Source of the DNA: a bacterium
GTDB lineage: Bacteria > SAR324 > XYD2-FULL-50-16
Reading direction: 5' to 3'
Assembly: GCA_032250835.1 (NCBI GenBank)
Contig: JAVVEA010000004.1
Span: 32,001 to 96,000 of the forward strand
DNA: 64,000 nucleotides
Below the pieces are notes generated by a model. It was not told the DNA's origin and did no database searches. It worked only from the letters and a program-made list of their open reading frames with translations. Shown here piece after piece: positions 20,001 through 30,365 of this stretch (its first letter is position 1; every line of letters starts with the position of its first letter). The translations under genes were made by a program, and so were the position numbers.

Positions 20001-20564
20001 TTATGGTTTTTTAGCCAAAACGAAGAGCGAGTCATCAGGTTCAAACTCTTCGTATATGGTCTGTTCGAGAAGCGTAAATCTTTCTTCAATTAAAGCGATT
20101 AACTGATCCTTAGGGTGATAAATTGCCCGCATGTCACCTTCTTCAAATAGGCTATCGCCAATCCAAAAACAATGTATGATGAGCCCTCCCCTATGGAGGA
20201 TTTCAGATTGCCGGTTAAGGGACTTTTTTATCAGGTCTAGTTCAAAATGCTGGAAGACCTTGCAGGAGTATAGGGCATCAAACTTTTGGTTGGTTTCAAG
20301 GGAAATCGCATCAAGATTCTCAAAGTGACCCCTTGGAAAACGAGCTTTTGCTCGAGCAATAAATTCTTCCGAATAGTCACTACCTGTAACTAGGTAGTGT
20401 TCGGACAACCATTTATAATCATTGCCCGGCCCCATACCGATTTCAAGCAGCGAACTACCCTTTTTCAGAAACTTGAGGATTGATTTTTCAAAGGCTGAGT
20501 TATCATAACCCTCACAGAGCTTGATGTATTCATCTACTCCTTGCGCAGTGGTATAGGTTTTCAC
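20001..20564 (-). CDS. Class I SAM-dependent methyltransferase (AT-rich)
   Basis: LLEIGMGPG, GSDYS, FDALYS. Confidence 0.88.
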   Translation of the reverse strand: MKTYTTAQGVDEYIKLCEGYDNSAFEKSILKFLKKGSSLLEIGMGPGNDYKWLSEHYLVTGSDYSEEFIARAKARFPRGHFENLDAISLETNQKFDALYSCKVFQHFELDLIKKSLNRQSEILHRGGLIIHCFWIGDSLFEEGDMRAIYHPKDQLIALIEERFTLLEQTIYEEFEPDDSLFVLAKKP

Positions 20565-20743
20565 TCAGCCCCCCGTTTCAGCGTCCTCGACTTTCCTGTT
20601 CCTTTTATTCCCGCTCGATCGTTTTGTTCCTTTACCTATCTATTTTTGCAGAAAAACCAGCTAGAGGTTCGTTGGCGGTAAGGGCCAAGCGAGTCTTAAC
20701 TTCAGTCCAGATGCAAGCCATTAAGCTGATTGTTCGGTCGCCT

Positions 20744-21112
20744 TCAAGCCACCTCCTGCATTCTCCTGTTAACAATCAAACCGACCAATGCTTCGGGCAA
20801 CGGTTGTTCGGGCAGAAAATGGATGGTTGCTCCTTGGTGCTTGATTCCTTTGAGTTGCGCTTTGAGTTCCATCACAAGAGTTGGGCTCATGGTATGCAAT
20901 GAGCAGTGACTCTTGGATGCACTAATCCCAACCAAGTCCTTTCCCCGGCGAAATAGCGGAATTTTGTAACTCACCCGTTCTGAGCAATCAGGCGCAAATT
21001 TTAAAATCAAGGCGCGTAATTGCTCCAGGGCTTGACGTTTACTGGGCTCCTGCTCTGCCAGATAAACATCAATCTCTTCAGGAGAGTGCCTGTCTGCGTT
21101 GGGTTTGGCCAA
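20744..21112 (-). CDS. DUF1801 / YdhG-like protein
   Basis: IDVYL, ERVSYKIP.F, KSHCSLH, TIHF...QPLP; probable TTG start right after guaA stop. Confidence 0.85.
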   Translation of the reverse strand: MAKPNADRHSPEEIDVYLAEQEPSKRQALEQLRALILKFAPDCSERVSYKIPLFRRGKDLVGISASKSHCSLHTMSPTLVMELKAQLKGIKHQGATIHFLPEQPLPEALVGLIVNRRMQEVA

Positions 21113-21113
21113 T

Positions 21114-22643
21114 TCACTCCCACTCAATGGTGCCCGGAGGTTTGCTGGTGATGTCGTAGACCACCCGGTTGATCTTCTTGACCTCGTTGACGATGCGGGT
21201 GCTGATGCGGCCCAGCAGCTCGTAGGGCAGGTGGGTCCAGTCGGCGGTCATGGCGTCGGTGCTGTTGACGCTGCGGACCGCCAAGGTCCATTCGTAGGTG
21301 CGCTCGTCGCCCATCACGCCCACGGTCTTGACCGGCAGGAGCACGGCAAAACACTGCCAGACTTTGTCGTACCAGCCCGCCTTTTTGAGCTCTTCTAACA
21401 CAATGGCGTCCGCCTCTTGCAACACCGCTACCCGCTCGGGGGTGATGTCGCCTAAGATGCGTACCGCGAGGCCCGGACCGGGGAAGGGATGGCGGTTGAT
21501 GAAGCTATCGGGCAGGCCCAATTTGCGGCCCAATTCGCGCACCTCGTCTTTAAATAATTCCCGCATGGGCTCGATCAGCGCCAGATTCATTTTCTCGGGC
21601 AGGCCGCCGACGTTGTGGTGGCTTTTGATCACCGCGCTGGGGCCCTTGAAGCTGACCGACTCGATCACGTCTGGGTACAGCGTCCCTTGGGCTAAGAACT
21701 TAACGCCCTTGAGCTTGTTGGCTTCGCGGTCGAAGATTTCGATGAACTCATGGCCGATGATCTTGCGCTTTTGCTCCGGGTCGCTCACGCCCGCCAATTT
21801 GCCCAAGAAGTGGTCGCGGGCGTCTACGTGGATTAGGTTGATGTGGTAGTGCTCCTTGAACATAGCCACCACTTTTTCGGCCTCGTCTTTGCGCAGCAGG
21901 CCGTTATCCACAAAGACGCAGACCAACTGGTCGCCGATCGCTTCGTGCAGCAAGATGGCGGTGACGCTCGAATCCACGCCGCCCGAAAGCGCACAAAGCA
22001 CCATGTCGCCGCCCACCTGGGCCTTGATCTCCGCAGTCTTGGTTTCAATGAAGCTGGCCATATCCCAGCCCGCTTCGACCTGGGCGATTTCAAAGAGGAA
22101 GTTTTGTAACATCTGTTTGCCGAAGACCGAGTGGGTCACTTCGGGGTGGAACTGGATGCCGTAAAGCTTGCGGCTGCGGTCGGCAATAGCGGCGAAGGGG
22201 GCATGCTGGCTGACCGCCAAGATTTCAAAGCCTTCGGGGATGCGGACCACCCGGTCGCCGTGGCTCATCCAAACGACGCTTTGTTCGTCGATGCTGAAGA
22301 AAAAGCCCTGTTGGTCCCCGGTCACGCTCAGGTCCGTACGGCCATATTCGCTTTCCTTGGCCTTTTCCACCTGACCGCCCAAGAGGCTGACCATCAACTG
22401 CTGGCCGTAGCAGATGCCCAAGACCGGCTTGCCCCATTCAAACAGCTCTTTGTCCACCTTCGGGCTCGCTTCGCCCAAGACGGAGCTGGGCCCGCCTGAG
22501 AGGATGATGGCCTCGGGGTCCATCGCCTTGATTTGATCGGTGGGCAGGGTGCAGGGGTGGATCTCGCAGTATACCTGCATCTCGCGGATGCGGCGGGCGA
22601 TCAATTGGGTGTACTGAGAACCAAAATCAAGGATCAAGACCAT
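21114..22643 (-). CDS. guaA: GMP synthase (glutamine-hydrolysing)
   Basis: [29 protein letters not shown]. Confidence 0.99.
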   Translation of the reverse strand: MVLILDFGSQYTQLIARRIREMQVYCEIHPCTLPTDQIKAMDPEAIILSGGPSSVLGEASPKVDKELFEWGKPVLGICYGQQLMVSLLGGQVEKAKESEYGRTDLSVTGDQQGFFFSIDEQSVVWMSHGDRVVRIPEGFEILAVSQHAPFAAIADRSRKLYGIQFHPEVTHSVFGKQMLQNFLFEIAQVEAGWDMASFIETKTAEIKAQVGGDMVLCALSGGVDSSVTAILLHEAIGDQLVCVFVDNGLLRKDEAEKVVAMFKEHYHINLIHVDARDHFLGKLAGVSDPEQKRKIIGHEFIEIFDREANKLKGVKFLAQGTLYPDVIESVSFKGPSAVIKSHHNVGGLPEKMNLALIEPMRELFKDEVRELGRKLGLPDSFINRHPFPGPGLAVRILGDITPERVAVLQEADAIVLEELKKAGWYDKVWQCFAVLLPVKTVGVMGDERTYEWTLAVRSVNSTDAMTADWTHLPYELLGRISTRIVNEVKKINRVVYDITSKPPGTIEWE

Positions 22644-22647
22644 GGGA

Positions 22648-23019
22648 TTATTCCTCGTCGTCAGATTGGGCGGTGATCTCGATCACCTGTGAATCGGTTA
22701 GTTCTTCTTTTGCACTAGGGATCATCATGGCCAGGGCCCCGCCGGCGATCATCACCGCGCCGATCCATTTGAGGGGCCAAAAGAGACCCCGCAAGGGGCC
22801 CAACAATAACACGGTCATCAAGACCGCCCCGGCGATGATGAAGAGGCCCTGGTTGTAGCTTCCGCTTTTTATCCAGCGGTAGACGCCGTACAGCGCCACC
22901 AAGGCCGGAGCGATGACCGGCGCGAACCATGCTAGGCCCGCTACCGCGCCGCCCAAGACAATCCATTCGGCACCCCGCACCCGCCAGCTTTTGCGTGTTT
23001 TGATGGCTTTTTCACTCAT
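22648..23019 (-). CDS. Hypothetical membrane protein
   Basis: Several TM segments; translationally coupled to trpS. Confidence 0.75.
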   Translation of the reverse strand: MSEKAIKTRKSWRVRGAEWIVLGGAVAGLAWFAPVIAPALVALYGVYRWIKSGSYNQGLFIIAGAVLMTVLLLGPLRGLFWPLKWIGAVMIAGGALAMMIPSAKEELTDSQVIEITAQSDDEE

Positions 23020-24014
23020 CGGTCGATCCCCACGGCTTTACGGGCGGCTTCTAAGGTGGGGCGTGCAAAGGCACGGGCCTTTTCGGCCCCCAGGGCTAGA
23101 ATCCGGTCCAGTTCTTTTGGTTCGTTGATGTAACGCTCGTAGGCCTCACGGCCCGGCGCTACATAGGCGTCGATCAGTTCAAAGAGGGCCTGTTTGGCGT
23201 CGCCATAGCCTAAGCCGCCCTTTTGGTAGGCGGCGGCCATTGCGGCGGTTTGGGCCTCATTAGCGAAGAGCTTGTAGAGTTGGAAAACGTTGCAAGACTC
23301 GGGGTCCTTGGGCTCTTCGACGGACTTGGAGTCGGTGACGATGCCCATCACCTTTTTGCGCAGTTGCTTCGGCGGCACGTAAAGGGGCAGGACGTTGTCG
23401 TAAGACTTGCTCATCTTGCGTCCGTCGGTGCCGGGGATGGTCTTGACCGATTCGGCGATGATCGGCTCGGGTAGCGTCAAGATCGGGCCGTATTGGTGGT
23501 TGAAGGCCTCGGCGATGTCTCGGGCGATTTCTAAGTGCTGCTTTTGGTCTTGGCCCACCGGGACTTTGTGGGCACCGTACAAAATGATGTCGGCGGCCAT
23601 CAAAACCGGGTAGTTGAAGACCCCCATGTTGATGCCTAGATCCGGGTCCTTTCCGGCGGCCTCGTTTTTGGCCACCGAGTCTTTATAGCTATGGGCACGG
23701 TTGAGCAGGCCCTTGGCGGCGAAGCAGGACAAAATCCAGGTGAACTCAAAGACTTCGTGGATGTCTGATTGCCGGTAAAAAACCACCTTCTCCGGGTCCA
23801 GCCCAGTGGCCAGCCAAGTGGCGGCGACTTGGTGGACCTGGCTCTGCATGGCCGCAGCGTCGCGGACCGTAGTCAGGGCGTGGTAGTCGGCAATGAAGTA
23901 GAGTGCCTGATAGGTTTCGGCCAATTGGAGCGCCGGTTTGATCGCGCCCATCAGGTTGCCGATGTGCGGGACGCCGGTCGGCTTGATCCCGGTCAGGGAA
24001 ATGCTTTGAGTCAT
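23016..24014 (-). CDS. trpS: Tryptophan--tRNA ligase
   Basis: GIKPTG.PHIGN, VPVGQDQKQH, KMSKS; start moved to ATG 24014. Confidence 0.97.
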   Translation of the reverse strand: MTQSISLTGIKPTGVPHIGNLMGAIKPALQLAETYQALYFIADYHALTTVRDAAAMQSQVHQVAATWLATGLDPEKVVFYRQSDIHEVFEFTWILSCFAAKGLLNRAHSYKDSVAKNEAAGKDPDLGINMGVFNYPVLMAADIILYGAHKVPVGQDQKQHLEIARDIAEAFNHQYGPILTLPEPIIAESVKTIPGTDGRKMSKSYDNVLPLYVPPKQLRKKVMGIVTDSKSVEEPKDPESCNVFQLYKLFANEAQTAAMAAAYQKGGLGYGDAKQALFELIDAYVAPGREAYERYINEPKELDRILALGAEKARAFARPTLEAARKAVGIDR

Positions 24015-24144
24015 GTTCAATCGTTGGTTGTTGTGGTCTTCGTTTCTTCTATCGGATTTGGCGGGGATTGAAAATAGACAAATCCCAAATGTCCCTTTAC
24101 AAAGGAGTTGAGGATTTAAGGTCTGCACTCCAATCGACGTACCC

Positions 24145-26130
24145 ATGAGTTTACCCAGCCGCTTGCAAGGAACCGACGGAATCCGGGGGCGCATCCGCCC
24201 TGAAGAAGGTCCCCGTGGACCTTTGGAGACCTACCTGGGGGAAGGTTTTCTGACGCCCCATTTCTTTGAACTGTACGCCCATGCCTTTGCCTTGCTTTTG
24301 ATCGAGCGGGGCTTAGCCAAGCCCGGTGACGCTTTGGCGGTAGGTTGGGACGGGCGAGACGCCGACGGGGTCTTTGACTCGGCTTTTATGGGCGGCCTGC
24401 GTAAAGCCGGTTTAAACGTTTGGGCCTTAGGCATCCTGCCGACCCCGGCGGCGCCGCTTTTTATGTTGGCTCAGGGCGCACGCGGTGCGGCGGTGTTGAC
24501 GGCCAGCCACAACCCGGCGGATCAAAACGGAATCAAGCTGTTTTTACCTAGCCTGGGCCTCAAATTCTTACCGGCCGACGACGAAGCGCTGACCCAAAAG
24601 ATTTACGCCCTGCGCGAGCGCGACCTGAGCCAGTTGTCGATGCGCGGCGACTTGGTGGGGCGGCATGAGGAAGCCTGGAAGTTTTTTGTGGACCAAAGCT
24701 TAAAGCCCGAGAACTCTTGGATCGAAGGCCTGGACTTGAGCCAGACGGTCCTGGTGGTCGACGCCAGCAACGGGGCCACCGCCGCTTTGGTGGAGCCTAT
24801 CTTCGGCAATCTGGGGCTTAAAGACCTGATCTTGACCAATCTTCAAGGGTCCATCAACGCCAATTGCGGTGTGGCGGACATCGAAGGGCAAGAAGAGATC
24901 GGGCGCGACCAATTGGAGCAGCGTTTTAAGGGCTATCCTATGCTGAACGCCTTCTTTGAAGCTGCCCAGCGCCCCGAAATCCGTAGCGGTGCCGCCCGGT
25001 TGGTGGGATTGGTGTTTGATGGCGACGGCGACCGCTGTTACCGCCTAGACTACGACCCGACCAGCGACGCCGCCCTGGTTAGCTCCGGTGACCTGTTAGG
25101 CTTTCATCTGGCCCGGCATCTAGCCAAAAAGTCCGGACCGGGCCGGTACTTTGCCTTTACCGTCGAAAGCGATTTGCTCTTGGGCCAAGCCGCCGAAGCC
25201 TTGGGCTACAAAGCGCTCTTGACCGGAGTGGGCGACAAGTGGCTGCTGCGCCAGGGGGCCGCTTCGATCTTACGTTCTCAATTGGGTAGCGACCAAGCCG
25301 CCCTGGAACTGGGCAAGATGCTGGAAACTTGGCTGCAAGACCCCGCCGCTTCGGCGCTGGTCATGACCCAAGCCGCCGAATTGTATTTTGCTCAGCGCGG
25401 CTGGCACGAAAAGGGCGCTTTGGACTTTGCGTTGGGCCTCGAAGAATCGGGCCATGCCTTAAGTGCTTTTTGGCTGGAAAAAGAGGGCATCTTGTTGCCC
25501 GCCTTTGCGGGTAACGGGATCAAAGCGGGGCTTAACAGCTTGGCGGCCATGTCTGGGATCATCGAGACCCAGGCCCTTTCGGCCCCCTTTGAGGCGGGCT
25601 TGAAGGCGACCCATTATGTCTATTATGTCGATAAGTCCAAGTTAGAGCCCAACCGTAGCTTCCGCTTAGAGTTCACCAAATTTTTGCTCGAAGCCCTACC
25701 TCAGGTGTTAGGCCCAGGCTTTACGGGCCGCATAGAATCCTTTGCCGAAGAGCCCAGTCTGCTTTTCTGCCACCTACTCAAAGACGGGCATGCCTGGGGG
25801 GCCGTATTCCTGCGCAATTCGGGCACCGAAGATAAGTCGGCGTTGTACCTGCGGGGCCCCCATGCGGGCGCTGCCATCCTGGGGCAGTTGGCGGAACTGC
25901 TGCACGTTAAGCTGTTGGCGGAGCTCAAAGACCCCAACAAAGATTTGGCCCAATTAGAACAGGCCCTGTTAAAGGCCATTGCCCAGGGCCAAGACCCCGA
26001 AGCCGCCGCCGAGGCCTTTGCGGGGCTTCCCTTTGGGCGGGTGTTAAAAGAAATGGAGCTAAAGCAAGGCCTGATTCGGCGGACCCCGGCGGGATTGGAG
26101 ATTGATCAAAAAGGGCGAGCCCTGTTATAA
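24145..26130 (+). CDS. Phosphohexomutase (GlmM-like), extended
   Basis: GTDGIRG, TASHNP, DGDGDR, EESGH, RNSGTE. Confidence 0.88.
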   Translation: MSLPSRLQGTDGIRGRIRPEEGPRGPLETYLGEGFLTPHFFELYAHAFALLLIERGLAKPGDALAVGWDGRDADGVFDSAFMGGLRKAGLNVWALGILPTPAAPLFMLAQGARGAAVLTASHNPADQNGIKLFLPSLGLKFLPADDEALTQKIYALRERDLSQLSMRGDLVGRHEEAWKFFVDQSLKPENSWIEGLDLSQTVLVVDASNGATAALVEPIFGNLGLKDLILTNLQGSINANCGVADIEGQEEIGRDQLEQRFKGYPMLNAFFEAAQRPEIRSGAARLVGLVFDGDGDRCYRLDYDPTSDAALVSSGDLLGFHLARHLAKKSGPGRYFAFTVESDLLLGQAAEALGYKALLTGVGDKWLLRQGAASILRSQLGSDQAALELGKMLETWLQDPAASALVMTQAAELYFAQRGWHEKGALDFALGLEESGHALSAFWLEKEGILLPAFAGNGIKAGLNSLAAMSGIIETQALSAPFEAGLKATHYVYYVDKSKLEPNRSFRLEFTKFLLEALPQVLGPGFTGRIESFAEEPSLLFCHLLKDGHAWGAVFLRNSGTEDKSALYLRGPHAGAAILGQLAELLHVKLLAELKDPNKDLAQLEQALLKAIAQGQDPEAAAEAFAGLPFGRVLKEMELKQGLIRRTPAGLEIDQKGRALL

Positions 26131-26162
26131 CCAAGTCATTGTAACTTCTAGAGGAGACTTTC

Positions 26163-26864
26163 ATGATGCGTCGGTTGCCCCTTTTCTTAGGCTTGTTTCT
26201 TCTTTTGGCTGGCCCTGTCTGGGCGGAAAGCAAAGTGGCCGAAGTGGCCGCAGACCACGAACCGGCCAAGCTGACCGGCAAAAATAAGCCCATCTTGGTG
26301 GGGCCAAAAAAGGTCTTGTTGGTGCCTCAGTCCTTTAAACAGGTCACCAGCGGCAAAGACACCCTGACCATCGAATACGAAAAGCTGCACCCCACGGACA
26401 AATACCCGATCGTCCGCATCCAGGGGATTCAGTTTAACGTCCGCACCCAAGGGGAAACCATCGAATGGACCTGGCAGGGTGCTGGGTACATGATGGTCTG
26501 GCCCAAAAACGAGGCCGAGAAGGTGACGCTGATGTCCAGCGAGCCCTTTGACAAGCAGGCCTTTACGCCTGAGAAAAAAGACGCCAAACATGCTTTGATT
26601 AAAGAAGGCCTCAAGGTCCAAACGAAGCGCCAAGACGGAACGGTGGCTATGTTGGAGATCACCGCCGTTGAGGAACAGGGCGGCAAGATGACCAAGTTTT
26701 CGGCCCGCACCTTTAGCGACGAAAAGCAGGCCGACCAGTTCCAAAACGAAAACAACATCCCCGCCCCGCCGGTCCATAAACAATACGAGAAGGGCGTCAA
26801 CGGTGAGGTCTTATTCATCTTCACCAGCAATGACAAAGGCCAGATCTTTGTCTACTGGCGCTAG
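26163..26864 (+). CDS. Exported hypothetical protein
   Basis: RBS GAGGAG, signal peptide ending VWA. Confidence 0.8.
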   Translation: MMRRLPLFLGLFLLLAGPVWAESKVAEVAADHEPAKLTGKNKPILVGPKKVLLVPQSFKQVTSGKDTLTIEYEKLHPTDKYPIVRIQGIQFNVRTQGETIEWTWQGAGYMMVWPKNEAEKVTLMSSEPFDKQAFTPEKKDAKHALIKEGLKVQTKRQDGTVAMLEITAVEEQGGKMTKFSARTFSDEKQADQFQNENNIPAPPVHKQYEKGVNGEVLFIFTSNDKGQIFVYWR

Positions 26865-27036
26865 TTCTTTCGCGGTTGCGGGCGCTCGCCGCAACCGGGA
26901 CCCCGCTCGATTCCCTTCTTGGTTATTCTGCGCCCTGCCTGGCCAAGTCTTGGCCGGTAAAACTCCCCTGCAACAGTCCCCTTGTTGCGCTGCTGCGGTC
27001 ATGGTACAATAGCCAAAGTGCCATAGGGAGGCCCGA

Positions 27037-28833
27037 ATGATTTCCATTTCTAAGGTAATTAAAGAGTTCCGCATCCCCAGCCTGCCTTCAGACCGGGTTC
27101 AGTTAGAGGTCTTGCTGGGTAAGGGGAGGGAATTGGCCTTGGGTGGCCATGATTCAACGGCGTTGTACCACTGGACTAGGGCCGCAGGGATTTCGAGCAG
27201 CGAAACGCTCGCTTTTGTCAAAAAGCTCTTTAGCCAATGGCGGATCGAAGGGCCCGAAGAAGCCCTACTGACCGCTGGCTTGATGCTGCTAAAATTAGAA
27301 AAGGCCGCGCCGCCGTTGACCAACTTCTTAGGCAATCTGGCGCGCCGCCAAGACAACCTGGGGCTGGCCAAAAAGCTTTATGCCGTAGGTGTCAAGGCCG
27401 CGCCGCTGCACAAACTCAGCCTCTTTAATCTAGCGGCAACGACCGCCAAACTGCCGCTCTACGATGCGGCAATCCCCCAACTCATAAAGAAGTGGCTGCC
27501 CACCGAAGAGGTGGTTTTGCCCGCATACCAGAGTGACCGGGAGGTGATACAAAAGATCACTGCAGCGCTGCATGAGGAAAAAAAGCTGGCCAAAGAAAAG
27601 CGCTTGGTCGAGTTGGCGGACCTGCAAGAAGAGGCGGAGCGCAACATGGACGCCCTCAAGATGCACGGCTACACCACCGAGGTCAAAACCCTGAGCCAGT
27701 CAGACTGTATGCCTAGTAGCGACGAGGTTTTGGCGGTGTTAGAGAAAGAGGTAGAACTGGACCAGCAGGACCCCGACCGGGTGGCCCCGTTGTTTGCCCA
27801 AAAGCGGCTCTACGACCTGGGGCTTTACGCCTTGAGCTTAGAACGCGCCGCCTTGGCGCGGACCTGCTTTGATCGGTTGGTTGCACTTGAGACCCCCTTG
27901 CCCCATATCCCCCTGCTCTTAGGCATGACCGACTACTTGGAAAAGGGGGTCGATGCCGGGTTAGAGGCACTCAATGATTGCCTGCACAAAGACCCCAAGG
28001 ACCGCTACGTCACGGCCAACATTGGTTTGATGCACCTCAGGGAGGGGCACCGTTATTCAGGTGCGCTGTACCGCCTGTTGGCGGCGAACCTGCTTGAGTG
28101 CAGCAACGGCCACTTCCATTACCCCGACTTTCTGGCCGAGGCCCAGGCGGCCTACGAAGACCCAGACCGCCAACGCTTGGCCCTAAAGCTCTACAACCAA
28201 ATTGCGTTAGAACGAGAAGACCCCACCGTCTGGGCCCGGATTGCCAAATTAAACTTCGACGCCAACCGCCTCAAAGAAGCGGCCCAAGCCTTAAAGGAGT
28301 GGCTGGTGTTGGAGCCAAACAATGCCTACGCTAAGGAAAAGCTGGTCGAGTTGAGTGAAGCCTTTTTGGCCAAAGGGCAGCAGCTAGAAACCGAAAAAAA
28401 ATACAAGGCGAGCATGAAGGTCTACCTACAAGCCGCCGAAATCGCCAAGACGCCGGAATTGCTCAAGCGGATTGAAGAAGGCTTTTACCGCTTCAAGCAG
28501 CCTTTAAAGGCCAAACAGGCCGAGATGGAACGGCATGTGATGGTGATGATGGAGCAACGCAAACGGGCGGCAAAGCAACAAGAGGAGTTGCTCAAGGTAG
28601 GCATGGCCTACCTACGCAACGGGGTCACCAAAAAAGCGGCGACCACCCTGGAAAAGGCCCTGGAGCTTAAGGCAAACCTGCCGATTTACCAGACCCTATG
28701 CCTGCTGTATAAAGACGAGGGCAACGAAAAGGACCTATATGAGTTGGAATCCCGCTGGGCCGACATGCTGGCCGAAGAAGAAGAAATGGCTAAGCGGGAA
28801 AAGGAATTCCATTGGTATTATGCGGGGCTTTAG
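27037..28833 (+). CDS. TPR-repeat protein (paralogue of 53549-55279)
   Basis: RBS GGAGG, helical TPR-like repeats. Confidence 0.8.
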   Translation: MISISKVIKEFRIPSLPSDRVQLEVLLGKGRELALGGHDSTALYHWTRAAGISSSETLAFVKKLFSQWRIEGPEEALLTAGLMLLKLEKAAPPLTNFLGNLARRQDNLGLAKKLYAVGVKAAPLHKLSLFNLAATTAKLPLYDAAIPQLIKKWLPTEEVVLPAYQSDREVIQKITAALHEEKKLAKEKRLVELADLQEEAERNMDALKMHGYTTEVKTLSQSDCMPSSDEVLAVLEKEVELDQQDPDRVAPLFAQKRLYDLGLYALSLERAALARTCFDRLVALETPLPHIPLLLGMTDYLEKGVDAGLEALNDCLHKDPKDRYVTANIGLMHLREGHRYSGALYRLLAANLLECSNGHFHYPDFLAEAQAAYEDPDRQRLALKLYNQIALEREDPTVWARIAKLNFDANRLKEAAQALKEWLVLEPNNAYAKEKLVELSEAFLAKGQQLETEKKYKASMKVYLQAAEIAKTPELLKRIEEGFYRFKQPLKAKQAEMERHVMVMMEQRKRAAKQQEELLKVGMAYLRNGVTKKAATTLEKALELKANLPIYQTLCLLYKDEGNEKDLYELESRWADMLAEEEEMAKREKEFHWYYAGL

Positions 28834-28937
28834 GCAGGGGACCGTAAGAACGGGCCCTTCGCGGAGGGGCCCCGCCTCTTTAGGTTGGCCCCTGTGCGTC
28901 ATCTGTGCTCCTAACCGCTGAGGCCGAACGATCCCTT

Positions 28938-28974
28938 GAAAATCAGGTGGTAAACTAGTTTGCGGTCGGCTTGA
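28938..28974 (+). repeat. Cassette-boundary site copy 1 (degenerate right half)
   Basis: GAAAATCAGGTGGTAAACTAGTTTGCGGTCGGCTTGA. Confidence 0.7.
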
Positions 28975-28980
28975 TAAAAT

Positions 28981-29358
28981 CTAAGCGAAAATCCCGCTAT
29001 GCAGGCCGAACTTCACATCAAAGTCGGTGTATTCAACGATGGGGCGGCTTTTGTTGTCATGTTTTTCAAAAGACACGATCCCATAATGAGACAATTTCTT
29101 TAGCGTCCGGCTTAAATTGGATTGAGCCCGCCCGGTTTGCTGGGCCAACTCGACTATGGAATTGGGATGCGTCTCTAGGATCATTTGCAACAGCTTTTGG
29201 TTCTCCTCGCTTAACAGCTGGGAAAGGGCCTTGACGGAGGGGAAAAAAACCTTCGGTTCCCCCTTGGCAGGTTTGTATTCCCCTTTCGCAATCCGAATGC
29301 TGCGCGCCTGATATTCGGCCAACGGCATGATCCCAATGGTAAGGGTTTTCGCTTTCAT
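28981..29358 (-). CDS. HTH putative antitoxin (HVO_A0114-like)
   Basis: FPSVKALSQLLS.EN, SIVELAQQTGRAQSNLSRTLKKL; ATGA-coupled to upstream gene. Confidence 0.85.
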   Translation of the reverse strand: MKAKTLTIGIMPLAEYQARSIRIAKGEYKPAKGEPKVFFPSVKALSQLLSEENQKLLQMILETHPNSIVELAQQTGRAQSNLSRTLKKLSHYGIVSFEKHDNKSRPIVEYTDFDVKFGLHSGIFA

Positions 29359-29690
29359 GGCTGTTTCTCCAAAAACTGGTTCACCTCGGCCCAAAAGTCT
29401 TCCAATAGCTGCCCGGCCGTTTTAAATCTGTAGGGGTACACTTTTTCTTGTTTGTGCAGATGATCCCATTCAACCCGGCGGTGTTCTTTAAAGCCATGGG
29501 CGTTGTCAAAGCCGATAACCCGGTGCTTGGTTTCGTCAAATAGGTTCAGGGCATATTTGATTCCATGGGGAACCTCCTTACGCACGGCAACCTTTTGGGC
29601 TTTAAAGCTCACAAAGTGGCTTGGCGATAAGGCAAAGGCCTCCCCGTCGAGGTCCAGCAGGTATTGCAACCCAGTTTGATCATCTTCCAT
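29355..29690 (-). CDS. DUF6516 (TumE-like) putative toxin
   Basis: PHGIKYAL.L......VIGFDNAH...WDHLH...Y.F.TA.QLLEDFW. Confidence 0.8.
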   Translation of the reverse strand: MEDDQTGLQYLLDLDGEAFALSPSHFVSFKAQKVAVRKEVPHGIKYALNLFDETKHRVIGFDNAHGFKEHRRVEWDHLHKQEKVYPYRFKTAGQLLEDFWAEVNQFLEKQP

Positions 29691-29698
29691 AGCGTGAT

Positions 29699-29717
29699 TA
29701 TATCAGCAGGTGATATA
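29699..29717. promoter_or_regulatory. Operator-like palindrome TATATCA-N5-TGATATA
   Basis: Perfect 7-bp inverted repeat immediately upstream of DUF6516 start. Confidence 0.6.
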
Positions 29718-29750
29718 TATTTGGAAGCGAATTCTTGAAGCCCCTGCGAG

Positions 29751-29789
29751 AAAAATCAGGTGGTAAATTTGTATGCTGTCAGCTGATTT
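29751..29789 (+). repeat. Cassette-boundary site copy 2
   Basis: AAAAATCAGGTGGTAAATTTGTATGCTGTCAGCTGATTT; contains the antitoxin stop codon. Confidence 0.85.
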
Positions 29790-30057
29790 CAAGCTGGTTG
29801 GTGGCGTACTTGTGCAGGATCGACTGGATCAACGTCTGGTAGGGAAGCCCCGCCTTGGCGGCTTTGAGTTGGATGGCCTCTAGGTCGGAATCGGGGATGC
29901 GGATGCTCAAAGGATGGGATTTCTTCAACGTCTGGTCGACGATCATCTTACCTTCGAGACGTTTCAGGGCTTCTGGCGAAGACTGGGTTTTCCCCTTCTT
30001 CAGGTCGTCCATCCAAGCGGCTTCCAGTTCATCCAGCGGTTTTGGGCGGTCTTTCAT
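29779..30057 (-). CDS. CopG/BrnA-like RHH antitoxin
   Basis: LSIRIPDSDLEAIQLKAAKAGLPYQTLIQSILHKY. Confidence 0.88.
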   Translation of the reverse strand: MKDRPKPLDELEAAWMDDLKKGKTQSSPEALKRLEGKMIVDQTLKKSHPLSIRIPDSDLEAIQLKAAKAGLPYQTLIQSILHKYATNQLEIS

Positions 30058-30317
30058 AAATACGTCCACTTTAGCTTGCGCTCAGGCCAAGCAGTGATCA
30101 AAAAGATTTCATCCTCCGATTCCCGAAAGGGCACGCCGCAAACCTCTTCCCCTACAGCAACGGTGAATGCTTGCTGGTCCGGGTAGGCCGGGCGTATTTT
30201 AATGCCCAATACAGCCCCGGCTTGAATTAAATCCGCTATCAACTCCAGTGAATGCCCACGATCCGGGTTCTCTTGCAGGATGCTGCTCTTCTCTGGATTC
30301 CAGCGTATCTTTTTCAT
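30054..30317 (-). CDS. BrnT-like toxin
   Basis: IRWNPEK...L....RG.S, YPDQ, VPF.E....IFLITAWPERK; ATGA overlap with antitoxin. Confidence 0.8.
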   Translation of the reverse strand: MKKIRWNPEKSSILQENPDRGHSLELIADLIQAGAVLGIKIRPAYPDQQAFTVAVGEEVCGVPFRESEDEIFLITAWPERKLKWTYL

Positions 30318-30365
30318 GAAGAAATTGTAGAACAACGTAGCTATAAGGACACCTAAAACCGCTAC

